From assembly GCA_965225945.1 (NCBI GenBank), contig CBDDBZ010000038.1:1-64000 (forward strand): DNA of 64,000 nucleotides, given 5' to 3'. Every line of letters starts with the position of its first letter. Position 1 is the stretch's first letter. The notes beneath the pieces are model-generated. The model did no database searches, was not told the DNA's origin, and saw only the letters and a list, made by a program, of their open reading frames with translations. This document shows positions 29,032-39,151 of the stretch, one piece after another. The translations under genes and the position numbers were made by a program. This stretch comes from Alphaproteobacteria bacterium. GTDB taxonomy: Bacteria > Pseudomonadota > Alphaproteobacteria > GCA-2731375.

Positions 29032-30187
29032 TCAACGCAGCGCGAGACGCTCCGCCACCCAGCGGTGGAAACAGTGGGTGGCCGCGTCCATCGCCGGCGA
29101 GAAGCGGCCGCCGTCGAAGGCGGGACCGTGGCGGCCCCGCTGCATGCCCTCGACCACGCCGACATCCTCCACGAAGACGCCGCGCCAAAGCGCGGCCAAG
29201 GCGCGGCGCATCTCGCCATGGGCCTCGCCCCGCATCTCCTCGGTAGCGAAATAGAGCCCCAGCCGCTCGACCGTCGCCTCGGGCCCAAGCGGGGCCAGCA
29301 GCATGGCGAAGCCATGATCGCGGTGCACGCCGAACAGCACGTTCGGATAGAGGGCGATGTATTCCGCCGCGCTGTCCCAGCGGTCCGACAGGGCAGCGAA
29401 GTTCGCGAACCCTCGACCGGCGCCGTCGAGCGTCGGGCTGTAGACCTCCGTCCCCTGGCCGGAAAAGGCGCCGGGCTCGACGATGGCGTAGTGATCCTCC
29501 AGCCGCGAATAGCTGTTGAGGCCCGGATGGATCGACGGCAGGTGGTAGGCCTCGCAATAATTCTCGACCGCGAGCTTCCAGTTGGCGCCGACCTCCAGCT
29601 CCATTACGCATTCCACCCCGCCGGCGAAGAGCGGCTGGTCGAATTCCCGCCAGCGCGCGATCAGGCCACCGGCATGATCCTCGAAGGCCGGCGCCGTGCC
29701 CGACAGATCGACGAAGACCACGTCGCGCCAGAGATGACTGCGCACCCCATGAAGCGAGAGCTCGCCGCGTTCCACCGCCTCATGCTCATGCACCCCCGGG
29801 CCCCCCACATGCGGTGTCGAGCGAAGCCCGCCGTCCAGGTCGTAGCACCAGGAGTGGTAGGGGCAGCGGATGGTGCGGCCCAGATTGCCCGGCTCCCGCA
29901 CCAGGATCATGCCCCTATGGCGGCAGGTGTTCTGGAATACCCGAACCGCCCCCCCCCCCCCCCCCGCAATCGCGCAACAGCAGCAGCGGCATGCCGAGGA
30001 ATTCGATCGGCTTGGCGTCCCCCGGCACCGGCACGTCCTGGCCGAAGGCGATCGCCGACCAGGTCCGCGCGAAAATTCGCTCCCGCTCCCGCTGGAAGGT
30101 CTCGGCATCGACGTAGCAGGCGTTCGGCAGTCCGCGCGCCGTCTCGATGCCGCGCGACACCGCCTCGAGATCCGCCAAATTGAGCAT
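29032..30187 (-). CDS. Rieske non-heme iron oxygenase alpha subunit (choline monooxygenase/quaternary-amine type), frameshifted at a poly-C/G tract
   Basis: ORF 29915..30187 plus ORF 29032..30108; CRH...CPYH Rieske ligands; NYCEAYHLPSIH and EDVGVVEGMQ iron site. Confidence 0.88.
29949..29965. repeat. C17 homopolymer inside the Rieske gene
   Basis: 17 consecutive C on the + strand (G17 on the coding strand). Confidence 0.9.
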
Positions 30188-30219
30188 GAACGGTCGCTCC
30201 TGCTACGAGGCCGCGCGCC

Positions 30220-30861
30220 TCAAGCCGTGGTTTCCGCGTCCCCCTGCGCTTCCGGCGCCGCGTCGGCGAAGGCGGCGATCGCGAGGCAAGTTTGCTCGAT
30301 GCGCAGGATATTGGGATAGGCCTGGAGGTCAGTCTCGAAGCGCCGCGCGTTGTAGACCTGCGGCACCAGGCAGACGTCGGCCAGGGTCGGCACCTCGCCG
30401 TGGCAGAAACCGCCGCCGTCGGCGCCCAGCATCGCCTCCAGGGCAGCGAAGGTCTCGTGCACCCAATGGTGATACCAGGCACGGATCGCCGCCGGGTCGG
30501 CGCCGATCCGATCGCGCAGATAGCTCTGGACCTTGAGGTTGTTCAAGGGATGGATCTCGCAGGCGATCGCCAGGCAGATCTGCCGCACCCGCGCCCGCCC
30601 CATGGAATCGGCGGGCAGCAGCGGCGGCGCCGGCCGGGTCTCCTCCAGATATTCCAGGATCGCCAGCGACTGGCCGATCGCGGCCTCGCCGTCGATCAGC
30701 GTCGGCACCACGCCCTGGGGATTGACGGCGAGATAGTCCCCCGCCCGTTGATCCCCCTGGCGCAGGTGGATATAGGCCTCGTTCGCGCTCAGTCCTTTCA
30801 GATTGAGGGCGATCCGCACCCGATAGGCGGCCGAGGAGCGCCAATAGGTATAGAGCTTCAT
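30220..30861 (-). CDS. maiA: Maleylacetoacetate isomerase (GST zeta)
   Basis: MKLYTYWRSSAAYRVRIALNLKG, NPQGVVP, QSLAILEYL, IHPLNNL, LADVCLVPQVYNA. Confidence 0.92.
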   Translation of the reverse strand: MKLYTYWRSSAAYRVRIALNLKGLSANEAYIHLRQGDQRAGDYLAVNPQGVVPTLIDGEAAIGQSLAILEYLEETRPAPPLLPADSMGRARVRQICLAIACEIHPLNNLKVQSYLRDRIGADPAAIRAWYHHWVHETFAALEAMLGADGGGFCHGEVPTLADVCLVPQVYNARRFETDLQAYPNILRIEQTCLAIAAFADAAPEAQGDAETTA

Positions 30862-31697
30862 GTCGCATGCCCCCCGCGCGGCCAGACCTCGGGGAAGAGC
30901 GCGCAGGTCATGGAATCGCCGGGCCGGAGCCCATGCCCCTCGATCGGTGGCGAAATTCGCCCCGGCCGCTCGGCATAGCGCGTGTCCTCGCCGAGCCAGC
31001 GCGTGGCGTAGGCGCGCCGCCGCCGCGTCGCGGAGCCGTTGCCGGGCGCGCCGTGCACGGTCAGCGCATGGAAGAAGATGCAGTCGCCGGGCGCCATCTC
31101 CCATTTCAGGATCCGATGCGCGTCGCGTTCCGCGTCGAAATCGGGGATCTCCTCGAAACCGTCCTCCGGCACGTCGAGCGAGGTATGGTCGGGATCGAAG
31201 TAGCGCGGCCGGAAGCGCCGGCCCCAGCGGTGGGAGCCGGCGATGAACTCGACCGAGACGTCGAGCGAAATCGGGTCCAACGGCAGCCAGATGGAGCCGA
31301 TCATCTCGCCGTCGATCGGGTAATAGGGCTGGTCGTGATGCCAGGGCGTCGGCGCCTCGGTGCCGGGCTCCTTGACCAGGAGATGGTCGTGATAGAAGGA
31401 GATTCGGCTGGCACCCAGCAGTGCCGCGGCGATCTCCGCCGCCGGGCTCTCCTCGACGAAGCGGCGGCATTCCGGCCAGCGCCGCCAGAGCTGGAAATCG
31501 ACGAAGAACTCGCCCGGCTCGCCCTCGGCCGTGTTGTGGCGCGCCATCGGCCCCGGCGCGGCCTTGTCGACCTCCACCGCGTCCCGTAGCATCTCGATCC
31601 AGCGTGCTTCGAAACACTGCCTCAGGCAGACCGCGCCGTCGCGGCGGAAGCTCGCCACCGCGTCGCCGTCCACCGGCGCTCGTCGCTCCCGTCCCAT
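30858..31697 (-). CDS. Phytanoyl-CoA dioxygenase (PhyH)-family 2OG oxygenase
   Basis: VKEPG..TPWHHDQPY, IAGSHRW, PGDCIFFH..TVHGA, RRA. Confidence 0.9.
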   Translation of the reverse strand: MGRERRAPVDGDAVASFRRDGAVCLRQCFEARWIEMLRDAVEVDKAAPGPMARHNTAEGEPGEFFVDFQLWRRWPECRRFVEESPAAEIAAALLGASRISFYHDHLLVKEPGTEAPTPWHHDQPYYPIDGEMIGSIWLPLDPISLDVSVEFIAGSHRWGRRFRPRYFDPDHTSLDVPEDGFEEIPDFDAERDAHRILKWEMAPGDCIFFHALTVHGAPGNGSATRRRRAYATRWLGEDTRYAERPGRISPPIEGHGLRPGDSMTCALFPEVWPRGGHAT

Positions 31698-31850
31698 GGG
31701 CGCATGCTCCCCGGCGCCGCTTCGCGCCACTCCAGATTTCGACCATTGCCGGATCGCGCCCGCCGGTGCAAGGTCCATTTCGCCCGCCCGCGAAATCCTC
31801 CGGGATCGGCGGCCGGACATCGCTCTTCCCGCTCCCGCAAGGCGATTCCC

Positions 31851-33443
31851 GTGCCCGCATCGAATCGAGCCATCGTCCTTCTCGCCGCCGTCTTGCCATG
31901 GCTATGTCTCGGCCCCTGGACGGCGTCGGGCGAGAGTGTGCTCAGGGTCCAGGTCCATGCCCGTTTGGCCAGCATCGATCCCTTCTGGAGCAATTCCTAC
32001 ATCACCCGCGATCACGGCTTCCTGGTCTTCGACACGCTGTTCGGGCGGAACGCGCGGCATCGTATCCAGCCGCAGATGGTCGAGAGCTGGGAGGTGAGCG
32101 AGGACGGCCTCGCCTATAGCTTCACGCTGCGCCCGGGCCTCCGCTTCCACGACGGCGCCGAGGTGACCGCGACCGATTGCGTCGTCTCGCTTATTCGCTG
32201 GGCGGCGCGCGACGCGCTCGGCCAGGCGATCATGGACCGGGTGTTGGAGCTGAAAGCGCTCGACCGGCGGCGCTTTCGCATCGTGCTGAGGGAGCCCTTC
32301 GCCCTGCTGCTGTCGGCGCTCGCCAAGACCAACGCGACCGTGCCCTTCATCCTGCCCGAGCGCCTGGCCGAGACCGATCCCTTCGTCGAGATCGAGACCG
32401 CCATCGGCTCCGGCCCGTTCATCGCCGAGACGGCCAGCGACCTGCCATCGCTCACCGCCGCGTATCGCCGCAACCCTGACTATCGCCCCCGCGAGGAGGC
32501 GGCGAGCGGCACCGCGGGCGGCAAACGGGTTCGGATCGACCGCCTGGAATGGTACCGCGTCGAGGACGAGGATGCCGCCTTCCAGGCGCTGGTCGAGGGG
32601 CGCCACGACTTCATGGCCGGCGTCCCCTTCTCGCTCCTGGCCCGCCTGTCGAAAGCGGCAAGGCAGAACGTCTTCCTGCTGGCGACGGAACCGGTGGGGC
32701 ACCAGGCTTGGCTCCGCGTCAATCACCTCTATCCCCCCTTCGACGATCCACGCGCGCGCCGGTCGCTTCAAATCCTCGTCGACCAAGCGCTGTACATGCG
32801 CGCCCTCGTCGGCGATCACCCCCAGTTCTTCCGAAGCTGCGCGGCGTTCTTCGGATGCGGCACGCCCTATGCGGACGACGGCGGGGGCGAGGCGGTGTTG
32901 GGGCATGATCTCTCCCGGGCGCGGCGCCTACTCCGCGCCGCCGGCTACGAGGGCGAGGAGATCGTGCTGCTACGGCCGAGCGGTATTCCGGACATTGCGC
33001 GACTCTCGGAGATCACCGAGGATCTGCTGAGGCGCGCCGGCGCCGAGGTGCGGGTCGTGGCGGCGAGCTGGGAGCGCTTCGCCCGGCGTCGCGACAGCCG
33101 GGAGGCGCCGGAAAACGGCGGCTGGCACCTCTTCCACACGCTATGGAGTGCCGCCAACATCGCCGATCCGCAGACCAACGTCGGCGTCTGGGCCGGCTGC
33201 ACCGAGGGCGCCTGGTTCGGCTGGCCGTGCGACGACGAGATCGAGGCGCTGCGCCGGCGCTTCGTGGGCACGATGGACGGAAAAGCACGGGTCGACATCG
33301 CGCGGCGTATCCAGGCCCGCGCGCACGAGGTGGTAACCTACGTGCCCTTGGGCGAGTTCCGTCGCCCGAGTGCCTATCGCGGCAACCTGTCAGGCATGGT
33401 CGAGGCGCCGGTGCCGGTGTTCTGGAATATCGAGAAGCGGTGA
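31851..33443 (+). CDS. ABC transporter substrate-binding protein, family 5 (peptide/nickel-like), orphan
   Basis: FDTLFG, YSFTLRPGLRFHDG, IGSGPF, NHLYPPFDD, FWNIEK; no permease or ATPase genes adjacent. Confidence 0.88.
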   Translation: MPASNRAIVLLAAVLPWLCLGPWTASGESVLRVQVHARLASIDPFWSNSYITRDHGFLVFDTLFGRNARHRIQPQMVESWEVSEDGLAYSFTLRPGLRFHDGAEVTATDCVVSLIRWAARDALGQAIMDRVLELKALDRRRFRIVLREPFALLLSALAKTNATVPFILPERLAETDPFVEIETAIGSGPFIAETASDLPSLTAAYRRNPDYRPREEAASGTAGGKRVRIDRLEWYRVEDEDAAFQALVEGRHDFMAGVPFSLLARLSKAARQNVFLLATEPVGHQAWLRVNHLYPPFDDPRARRSLQILVDQALYMRALVGDHPQFFRSCAAFFGCGTPYADDGGGEAVLGHDLSRARRLLRAAGYEGEEIVLLRPSGIPDIARLSEITEDLLRRAGAEVRVVAASWERFARRRDSREAPENGGWHLFHTLWSAANIADPQTNVGVWAGCTEGAWFGWPCDDEIEALRRRFVGTMDGKARVDIARRIQARAHEVVTYVPLGEFRRPSAYRGNLSGMVEAPVPVFWNIEKR

Positions 33444-33473
33444 GGCCTCGCCGCGCGAGTCGGAGAACCGAAA

Positions 33474-33905
33474 ATGAGCAGCGACGAGATCAGAGCGAGG
33501 GGCGGCTGTCACTGCGGCGCCGTCCGCTTCGAGATCAGGGGTCCACTCCGCGATGTCATGATCTGCCACTGCGCCGATTGCCGGCGCATCCACGGCCATG
33601 TCGGCGCCCACACGGCGACGAAATGGAGCGATCTCGCCTTCACCGAGGAACGCGGGGTGAGGTGGTACGCCTCCTCGGAGAGCGCGCGCCGCGCCTTCTG
33701 CCGCCAGTGCGGCGCGGGCCTATTATTCGACATGCACGGGCGCGACATCGTCTCGATCTGCGTCGGCACGCTCGACGGCGCGACCGGTCTCAATACGGCC
33801 TTGCACATCTTCCAGGGAAGTGCCGCGGACTACGAGGCCGGCGACGGAAGCGCGCCGCGCCGCCAGGGCTGGCCCGAAGACGGCGACGACGTCGCCTTCC
33901 GCTAG
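33474..33905 (+). CDS. GFA (glutathione-dependent formaldehyde-activating)/CENP-V family protein
   Basis: GGCHCGAVRF, CHCADCRR, FCRQCG. Confidence 0.9.
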   Translation: MSSDEIRARGGCHCGAVRFEIRGPLRDVMICHCADCRRIHGHVGAHTATKWSDLAFTEERGVRWYASSESARRAFCRQCGAGLLFDMHGRDIVSICVGTLDGATGLNTALHIFQGSAADYEAGDGSAPRRQGWPEDGDDVAFR

Positions 33906-34723
33906 CCTCGCGCGGCGGTGGGATGGCCGATGGTGAAGTCGTTTCGCCCGTCGCTTCTGTCCTCGCCGCGCATCAGGATCAACGGCCGGGTGTGATGGCC
34001 GGAGCCCCGCGAATCCTCGATCGGGATATCGTGGTGGTCGTAGTGGCTCGTCGCCGGCATGAACCTGAGCGCATAGCCGACGCGGCGCGTGTCGCCGACG
34101 TTGGCGTTGGAGCCGTGCGCGGTGTAGATGTCGAAGATCACCATCTCTCCCGGCTCCAGCAACACGTCCACGGCGTCCGCCTCGTCGTACTGGTCCTGGC
34201 GCAGGGTCTCGGGGATGGTGACGGTGTCGCCATGGTCCCGGTAGTGCTCGCCGATCTCCCGTGCCCGGTGCGAGCCCCGGATTATGCGCAGGCAGCCGTT
34301 CTCCCGGGTCGTGTCCTCGACGGCGATCCAGACCGAGGTCGTGGCCAGCGGCTTGATCGGCCAATAGCGGCCGTCGCGATGCCAGGGCACGATACGGCCG
34401 GTGCCGGGGGGTTTATGGAACAGCGTGGAGCCCCAGAGGATGACGTCGGGGCCGATCACCTGAGAGACCATGTCGAGGATCTCGGGATGGCCGGCGATAT
34501 CCAACCAGCCGTCCTCGGACCGGAGCCCCTGAACGCCCGAGCCCGGCACGTGGGGCGAGGCCATGGGCTCGTCGCCCTCGAGGTGTCGGTTGCTCTCGAT
34601 CAGGCGATCGGTGAGTTCCCGCAAGCGCGCGCGCGTAGCCTCGGGCAGCCGGTATTTCGGCTTCAGAAAGCCGTCGCGCCGATAGGCCTCGATCTCGCCC
34701 GCATCCACAATCGCGTTCGCCAT
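33902..34723 (-). CDS. PhyH-family 2OG-Fe(II) dioxygenase
   Basis: FHKPP..VPWHRDG.YW, ENGCLRIIRGSH, HGSNAN..RR. Confidence 0.9.
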   Translation of the reverse strand: MANAIVDAGEIEAYRRDGFLKPKYRLPEATRARLRELTDRLIESNRHLEGDEPMASPHVPGSGVQGLRSEDGWLDIAGHPEILDMVSQVIGPDVILWGSTLFHKPPGTGRIVPWHRDGRYWPIKPLATTSVWIAVEDTTRENGCLRIIRGSHRAREIGEHYRDHGDTVTIPETLRQDQYDEADAVDVLLEPGEMVIFDIYTAHGSNANVGDTRRVGYALRFMPATSHYDHHDIPIEDSRGSGHHTRPLILMRGEDRSDGRNDFTIGHPTAARG

Positions 34724-34742
34724 GTCCGCGCACTACGCTTTG

Positions 34743-35300
34743 TCAGGCGGCTTGAATTCGCGCGTTCGATTCCTCGAACAGGCGCATGTTCTTCTCAAGG
34801 TCATACTCGCCCTCGCGCAACGTCTCGTGGTCCCATTCGCTCCGGGCCGTGTCGAAGAACAGGCCGCCATAGACATGGATCGCGCCGGTCAGACGGGGAA
34901 GCGGATTGGTCACCGAATGGATGATGTCACGCCCCAGCGGCGCGCAATCGCGGGGCCCGAGCGAGCGGGCGCCCGCCGCCTCGATCAGGCCGTCCTCGCG
35001 ATTCGCAAGGCGGCGCCAGAAGATGTTGTCTTCCCGGCCCGTATAGATGCCGATCACCGCCCACATTTCGTGATTGTGCGGCATGATGGACATGCCCGGG
35101 CCCCAGACCACGTTGATGATGGTGAGGCTGTCGGAGCTATAAATTTCTCCGACCTCGGCCCGGGTCGGCTCGCCCAATCCCGCCAATACCGCCGCGGGCT
35201 CCGAGACGGCGCGGGCCACAACCTCGCGCGCGGCCTTGTGACTGTCGTCCGCGGCGATCGCCCGCTTGCAGTCCTCGATGAATTGGTCGCGCTCGAACAT
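34743..35300 (-). CDS. Cysteine dioxygenase-like cupin metalloenzyme
   Basis: PHNHEMWAVIG, IIHSVTNP, AIHVYG. Confidence 0.8.
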   Translation of the reverse strand: MFERDQFIEDCKRAIAADDSHKAAREVVARAVSEPAAVLAGLGEPTRAEVGEIYSSDSLTIINVVWGPGMSIMPHNHEMWAVIGIYTGREDNIFWRRLANREDGLIEAAGARSLGPRDCAPLGRDIIHSVTNPLPRLTGAIHVYGGLFFDTARSEWDHETLREGEYDLEKNMRLFEESNARIQAA

Positions 35301-35360
35301 CGCTGCCTCCTTCTCGCCGGTTCTCGCCGGCGCCCCGCCGACATCGGTTGATATTACGCT

Positions 35361-36332
35361 CTAAGCGCCGCCCACGCCAACCGGAGCCGAGGATGGTGGC
35401 GCTCGACGATTGAGGTAGTTGAGGGCCAGGCCCGGGCGGGGCCATGGCATGGCGAGGAGGGTGCCGCTCGACGATAGCGTGATGTAGGCGGTGCGGAGGT
35501 CGGGGCCGCCGAAGCAGATGTTGGTCGCGAGATCGTCCATCGGCGTGGCGACGAATTCGACGATCCCGCCTTCCGGCGAGATCACGGTGATGCCGCCCTT
35601 CAGGAGCGTGCCCACACAGATGTTGCCGGCCGAATCCACCGCCAGCGAATCGAAGAAGCGGAAATCGTCGACGCCGGCCAGCAGCGTGGCGTGCCACCAG
35701 CGCTGCTCGCCCCGGCCCTTGACGATCCGGCCCGGCGCCTCGATCTCGAAAGCCCACATCCGGCCCGCGTGGGTCTCGGCGACATAGAGGAAGCGCTCGT
35801 CGGCGGAAAGCCCGATGCCGTTCGGATCCTCGATCGGATGCACCATCTCGACGATTCCCGAGCCGTCGGCGCGGGCGTAATAGACGCTGCCCCGGTCGCG
35901 AGTCCGCCAGCGGGCCTTGCCGTGGTCGGTGAACCAGAAGCCGGCTCGGGAATCGAAGACGATGTCGTTCGGCCCCTTCAGCGGCTCGCCCTCGCACTCG
36001 GCGTAGAGCACCTCGACCCGGCCGGTCTCGACGTCCACCCGCTCGATCCGGCCGCCTTCGTATTCCTCGCCCGAAAGGCCCGGCACCAGGCGGCCGTCCC
36101 GCTCGTGCCAGCGGAAGCCGCCGTTGTTGCAGGTATAGACCTTGCCGTCCGGCCCCATGGCGGCGCCGTTCGGCCCACCGCCGGTCTCGGCGACCACGGT
36201 GATCTCGCCCCCGGGCGTGACCCGGGAGAGCGTCCCCCGCTCGATTTCCACCAGCAGGACATCACGGTTGGGCAGCGCGATCGGCCCCTCGGGAAAGCGC
36301 AGCCCGGTCGCGACGACCTGCTGCTCGCTCAT
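35361..36332 (-). CDS. SMP-30/gluconolactonase/LRE family protein
   Basis: FPEGP, GGPNG, PNDIVFD, PNGIGLS, DSLAVD, TNICFGG. Confidence 0.9.
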   Translation of the reverse strand: MSEQQVVATGLRFPEGPIALPNRDVLLVEIERGTLSRVTPGGEITVVAETGGGPNGAAMGPDGKVYTCNNGGFRWHERDGRLVPGLSGEEYEGGRIERVDVETGRVEVLYAECEGEPLKGPNDIVFDSRAGFWFTDHGKARWRTRDRGSVYYARADGSGIVEMVHPIEDPNGIGLSADERFLYVAETHAGRMWAFEIEAPGRIVKGRGEQRWWHATLLAGVDDFRFFDSLAVDSAGNICVGTLLKGGITVISPEGGIVEFVATPMDDLATNICFGGPDLRTAYITLSSSGTLLAMPWPRPGLALNYLNRRAPPSSAPVGVGGA

Positions 36333-36364
36333 GGCTCACCTCAAGTTCATTGCTTATCGGGCGT

Positions 36365-36826
36365 TCAGTAGGCGACGCCCTGCTTGTTGGAAAAGACGTT
36401 GGCGCCGGTACCGACGCGCATGTGCAGATCGATATCCGGGTAATGACACTGATCGCCCGGCGCGCGGTCGCCGACGACGAGCAAGACCACCGGCGCGTCG
36501 GTCCGGTTGAGAAAATGATGGCCGTCGCCGTCGCCGGCCGGAAAGCCCGCGACCATGCCGGGCGAGAGCTCTTGCGCGCCGGCATCGCTCACCAGGGTCG
36601 CCCGGCCCTCCAGCACCTGGACGAACTCGTCCTGCTTGGTATGCCAGTGGCGCTGGGACGAGCCCGCGCCGGGGTCGAGCGTCACGATGTTGACGGCGAA
36701 GTTGACGAGGCCCAGCGGATCGGTGAGGCGGCGCACGCGGCGCCCCTCGCAGACCGACCTGAAAGCCTCGGGATAGGAGGAGCCCGTGGTCTCCGGAATC
36801 GTCGATGAATTCAACACCGTGCCCAT
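36365..36826 (-). CDS. Cupin domain protein
   Basis: SSQRHWHTKQDEF, GFPAG..GHHFLN, YPDID. Confidence 0.85.
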   Translation of the reverse strand: MGTVLNSSTIPETTGSSYPEAFRSVCEGRRVRRLTDPLGLVNFAVNIVTLDPGAGSSQRHWHTKQDEFVQVLEGRATLVSDAGAQELSPGMVAGFPAGDGDGHHFLNRTDAPVVLLVVGDRAPGDQCHYPDIDLHMRVGTGANVFSNKQGVAY

Positions 36827-36889
36827 GTCTCGCCTCCCGCCCTTGGCCATGTCGGGCGGCAGCCTAGACCATTCCCGGCCTTGGCGAAA

Positions 36890-37792
36890 TTATCCGAACG
36901 CGCCTCGGGCGGCGGAGACCTCGGGCTCGGCCACCAAGTCGGCGACCACGCTGTCGACGTCGGGCTGGTGGATCCCGTAGCGCTCAAACTCCATTGCCAT
37001 GTCGAGGCTGCTATGCGGCGGGCGCACCTCGGGCGGGTGGCGTTGGGGATCGGCGGCGACGCAACGGATCAGATCGTCCGGGGCGCCGAAAGCCCGCGCG
37101 AGCCGGCGGGCGAAGTCCGCATAGCTCAGATCGCGGAGGCCGCTCGCGTGATGGATCCCGACCGCCTCGGCCTCGATCATTCGGGCGATCAGACGACAGA
37201 CCAGCGAGAGCGGCACCGGCGCCAGATACATGTCGACGAACGGCTGGATCGCGCGGCCCCGGGCGAGCGCGTCGAGCCAGTCCCGCATCAGCGATTCCGA
37301 GCGGTCGATCACCTTGCTCAGCCGCAAGATGGCGCCAGCGGTGCCGAGCCCCCGGAGCCCCGCCTCGCCTAGCGCCTTCTGCCGGCCGTATTCGGTGATC
37401 GGCGAGACCGCGTCGCCATGCCCACGCCGCGCCACCGTGCCGTCGAACACCTTGTCGCTCGACAGCAGCAGCACGCGGGTGCCGCGGGCCTGAAACGCCC
37501 GGGACAGCGCCACGGTGCCCTCGACGTTGACCCGGGACGAGGCGGCCGGATCAGCTGCGCAATCGCGCAGCCGGGCGATCGCCGCGGCGAGCACCGCGAC
37601 GTCGATCCGGGGCAAGGCCTCGAGGCAATCCTCGACGCGTTCCAGGTTGAGAAACGGTCGCGCGGCCGACGCCGCCTCCAGGCGTCGCGTGGTCGCCCGG
37701 ACCCACCATCCGAGGCCGCGGAGATGGCCGACCAGGGCGCGGCCGATCCAGCCGTCGCCGCCGACCACCAGCACGCGTGGCGCCTCTCTCAT
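36890..37792 (-). CDS. RmlD-like NDP-4-keto-sugar reductase
   Basis: GGDGWIG, LSSDKVFDG, EYGRQK (YxxxK). Confidence 0.85.
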   Translation of the reverse strand: MREAPRVLVVGGDGWIGRALVGHLRGLGWWVRATTRRLEAASAARPFLNLERVEDCLEALPRIDVAVLAAAIARLRDCAADPAASSRVNVEGTVALSRAFQARGTRVLLLSSDKVFDGTVARRGHGDAVSPITEYGRQKALGEAGLRGLGTAGAILRLSKVIDRSESLMRDWLDALARGRAIQPFVDMYLAPVPLSLVCRLIARMIEAEAVGIHHASGLRDLSYADFARRLARAFGAPDDLIRCVAADPQRHPPEVRPPHSSLDMAMEFERYGIHQPDVDSVVADLVAEPEVSAARGAFG

Positions 37793-38469
37793 GACCGAAA
37801 CGGCCCGCAGCAGAGTCCGAGATAGTAGTGCGCCATCGGCCAATAGCCGGTGTGCACCACCTCGTCGTTCATCGAGAAGACGAAGACGTTGCGGAAGTGG
37901 CGCCCGAGCACCGTCTTCAGCGCCGCGCCCTCCTTGCAGTTCACGTGGCCGACGACGCTCTGCGGCGAGGCGTGGGCCTGGCTCGCCAGCGAGGGCATGC
38001 CGATGATGGCGACGCCGGCGGGATCGAGGGAAGCGGCGAGGTTGGCGAGGAAGCGATCCTCGTCCTCGGGCGCGATGTGCTCCAGGACGTCGAGGCCGTA
38101 GGCCGCGTCGAACCCGCCGGAATAGGGCGCGGCGAGCATATCGTGCACCTCGAGCTCGAGCGGCCAGTCGGCGTGGCGCCGGGCCCGGGCGTCCTCGATG
38201 AAGATCGGGTCCATGTCGATTCCCGTGACCGCGCCGACCTCTTGCTGCACGATCCGGGTGGCGAAGGCGTCGGCGCAACCGATTTCCAGCACTGCCTCGG
38301 CGCCCGACAGCATCTTGGCGACGAACTTGTAGCGCGCCAGGACGAAGCCGAGCCGTTTGGGGTCCTCGTGCCAGACCTGATTGCTCATCATGCCGAGCCG
38401 CGCGATCCCCACCTCGTCGGCGAGGCGCAGACAGTCCTCGTATTGGACCTCCTTGGTCCGCGCGCTCAT
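37789..38469 (-). CDS. Class I SAM-dependent methyltransferase
   Basis: RYKF, VLEIGCADA, DVLEHI, GHVN. Confidence 0.85.
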   Translation of the reverse strand: MSARTKEVQYEDCLRLADEVGIARLGMMSNQVWHEDPKRLGFVLARYKFVAKMLSGAEAVLEIGCADAFATRIVQQEVGAVTGIDMDPIFIEDARARRHADWPLELEVHDMLAAPYSGGFDAAYGLDVLEHIAPEDEDRFLANLAASLDPAGVAIIGMPSLASQAHASPQSVVGHVNCKEGAALKTVLGRHFRNVFVFSMNDEVVHTGYWPMAHYYLGLCCGPFRS

Positions 38470-38488
38470 GTCGCCTTCCCCCCGCCGC

Positions 38489-39151
38489 TCATTCGAAATA
38501 GATGCAACCGTAATCGCCGTCGTAGCCCGACTGGGTGAAGGCGAACTCCCATTCCTCGGGCTCGAGGAAGGCGCGGCAGGTGAGCTGCCAATAGAGCAGG
38601 TTCACCTTCTCGCGCTCGTTCCGGTAGGATTCGATGGTGACGTGCTTCGGGCCCCGCGCGACCCGCTGCATCTCGGCCAGCGCCTGGTGCAGATCGAAGT
38701 TGTAGAGATTGTGGAGCACGTTGATCGAGTAGACGAAGTCGAACGTGTCGTCGGGCCAGGGCAAGCGGCTGGCATGGCCCAGGTGGAGCGAATCGCGAAT
38801 TTCCGGCTTGGCGTGGCGGAGCGCATAGTCGGAGATGTCTAGCCCCGCGACCTCGACCTCGTCCAAAACTCGGGTGAACTCGTAGAGCAGGAAGCCCTTG
38901 CCGCAGCCGACGTCCAGAATCCGCGCGCCCGGCTTCAGATCGTAATGCGCCACCATCGCCTCGGCCACGACGCGCCAGCGGCCATCATAGCGATAGCCGC
39001 CATAGCCGTGCCGTCGCTCGCCGTCCCAATAGGCCTCGCCGTAGCGGGTGGCGATCTCGGCGCAGGCGGCCTTGTCGTATTCGACCACGCGCTCGAGATA
39101 ATCGCGCGCTGTCGAGGTATGCAGACGACCGACGAAATCGACGTAGCTCAT
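38489..39151 (-). CDS. Class I SAM-dependent methyltransferase (sporadic carbohydrate cluster type)
   Basis: YWDGERRHGYGGYRYDGRW, ILDVGCGKGFL, SINVLHNL. Confidence 0.88.
   Translation of the reverse strand: MSYVDFVGRLHTSTARDYLERVVEYDKAACAEIATRYGEAYWDGERRHGYGGYRYDGRWRVVAEAMVAHYDLKPGARILDVGCGKGFLLYEFTRVLDEVEVAGLDISDYALRHAKPEIRDSLHLGHASRLPWPDDTFDFVYSINVLHNLYNFDLHQALAEMQRVARGPKHVTIESYRNEREKVNLLYWQLTCRAFLEPEEWEFAFTQSGYDGDYGCIYFE

Noticed and set aside
30220-31899. Long N-terminal extensions in the ORF track (maiA 559 aa, hpnE 627 aa, hpnC 572 aa, RmlD 462 aa, crotonase 443 aa, GMC 680 aa) as fusion proteins
   Set aside because: The extensions overlap neighbouring genes in other frames; family homology and RBS positions indicate the shorter starts.
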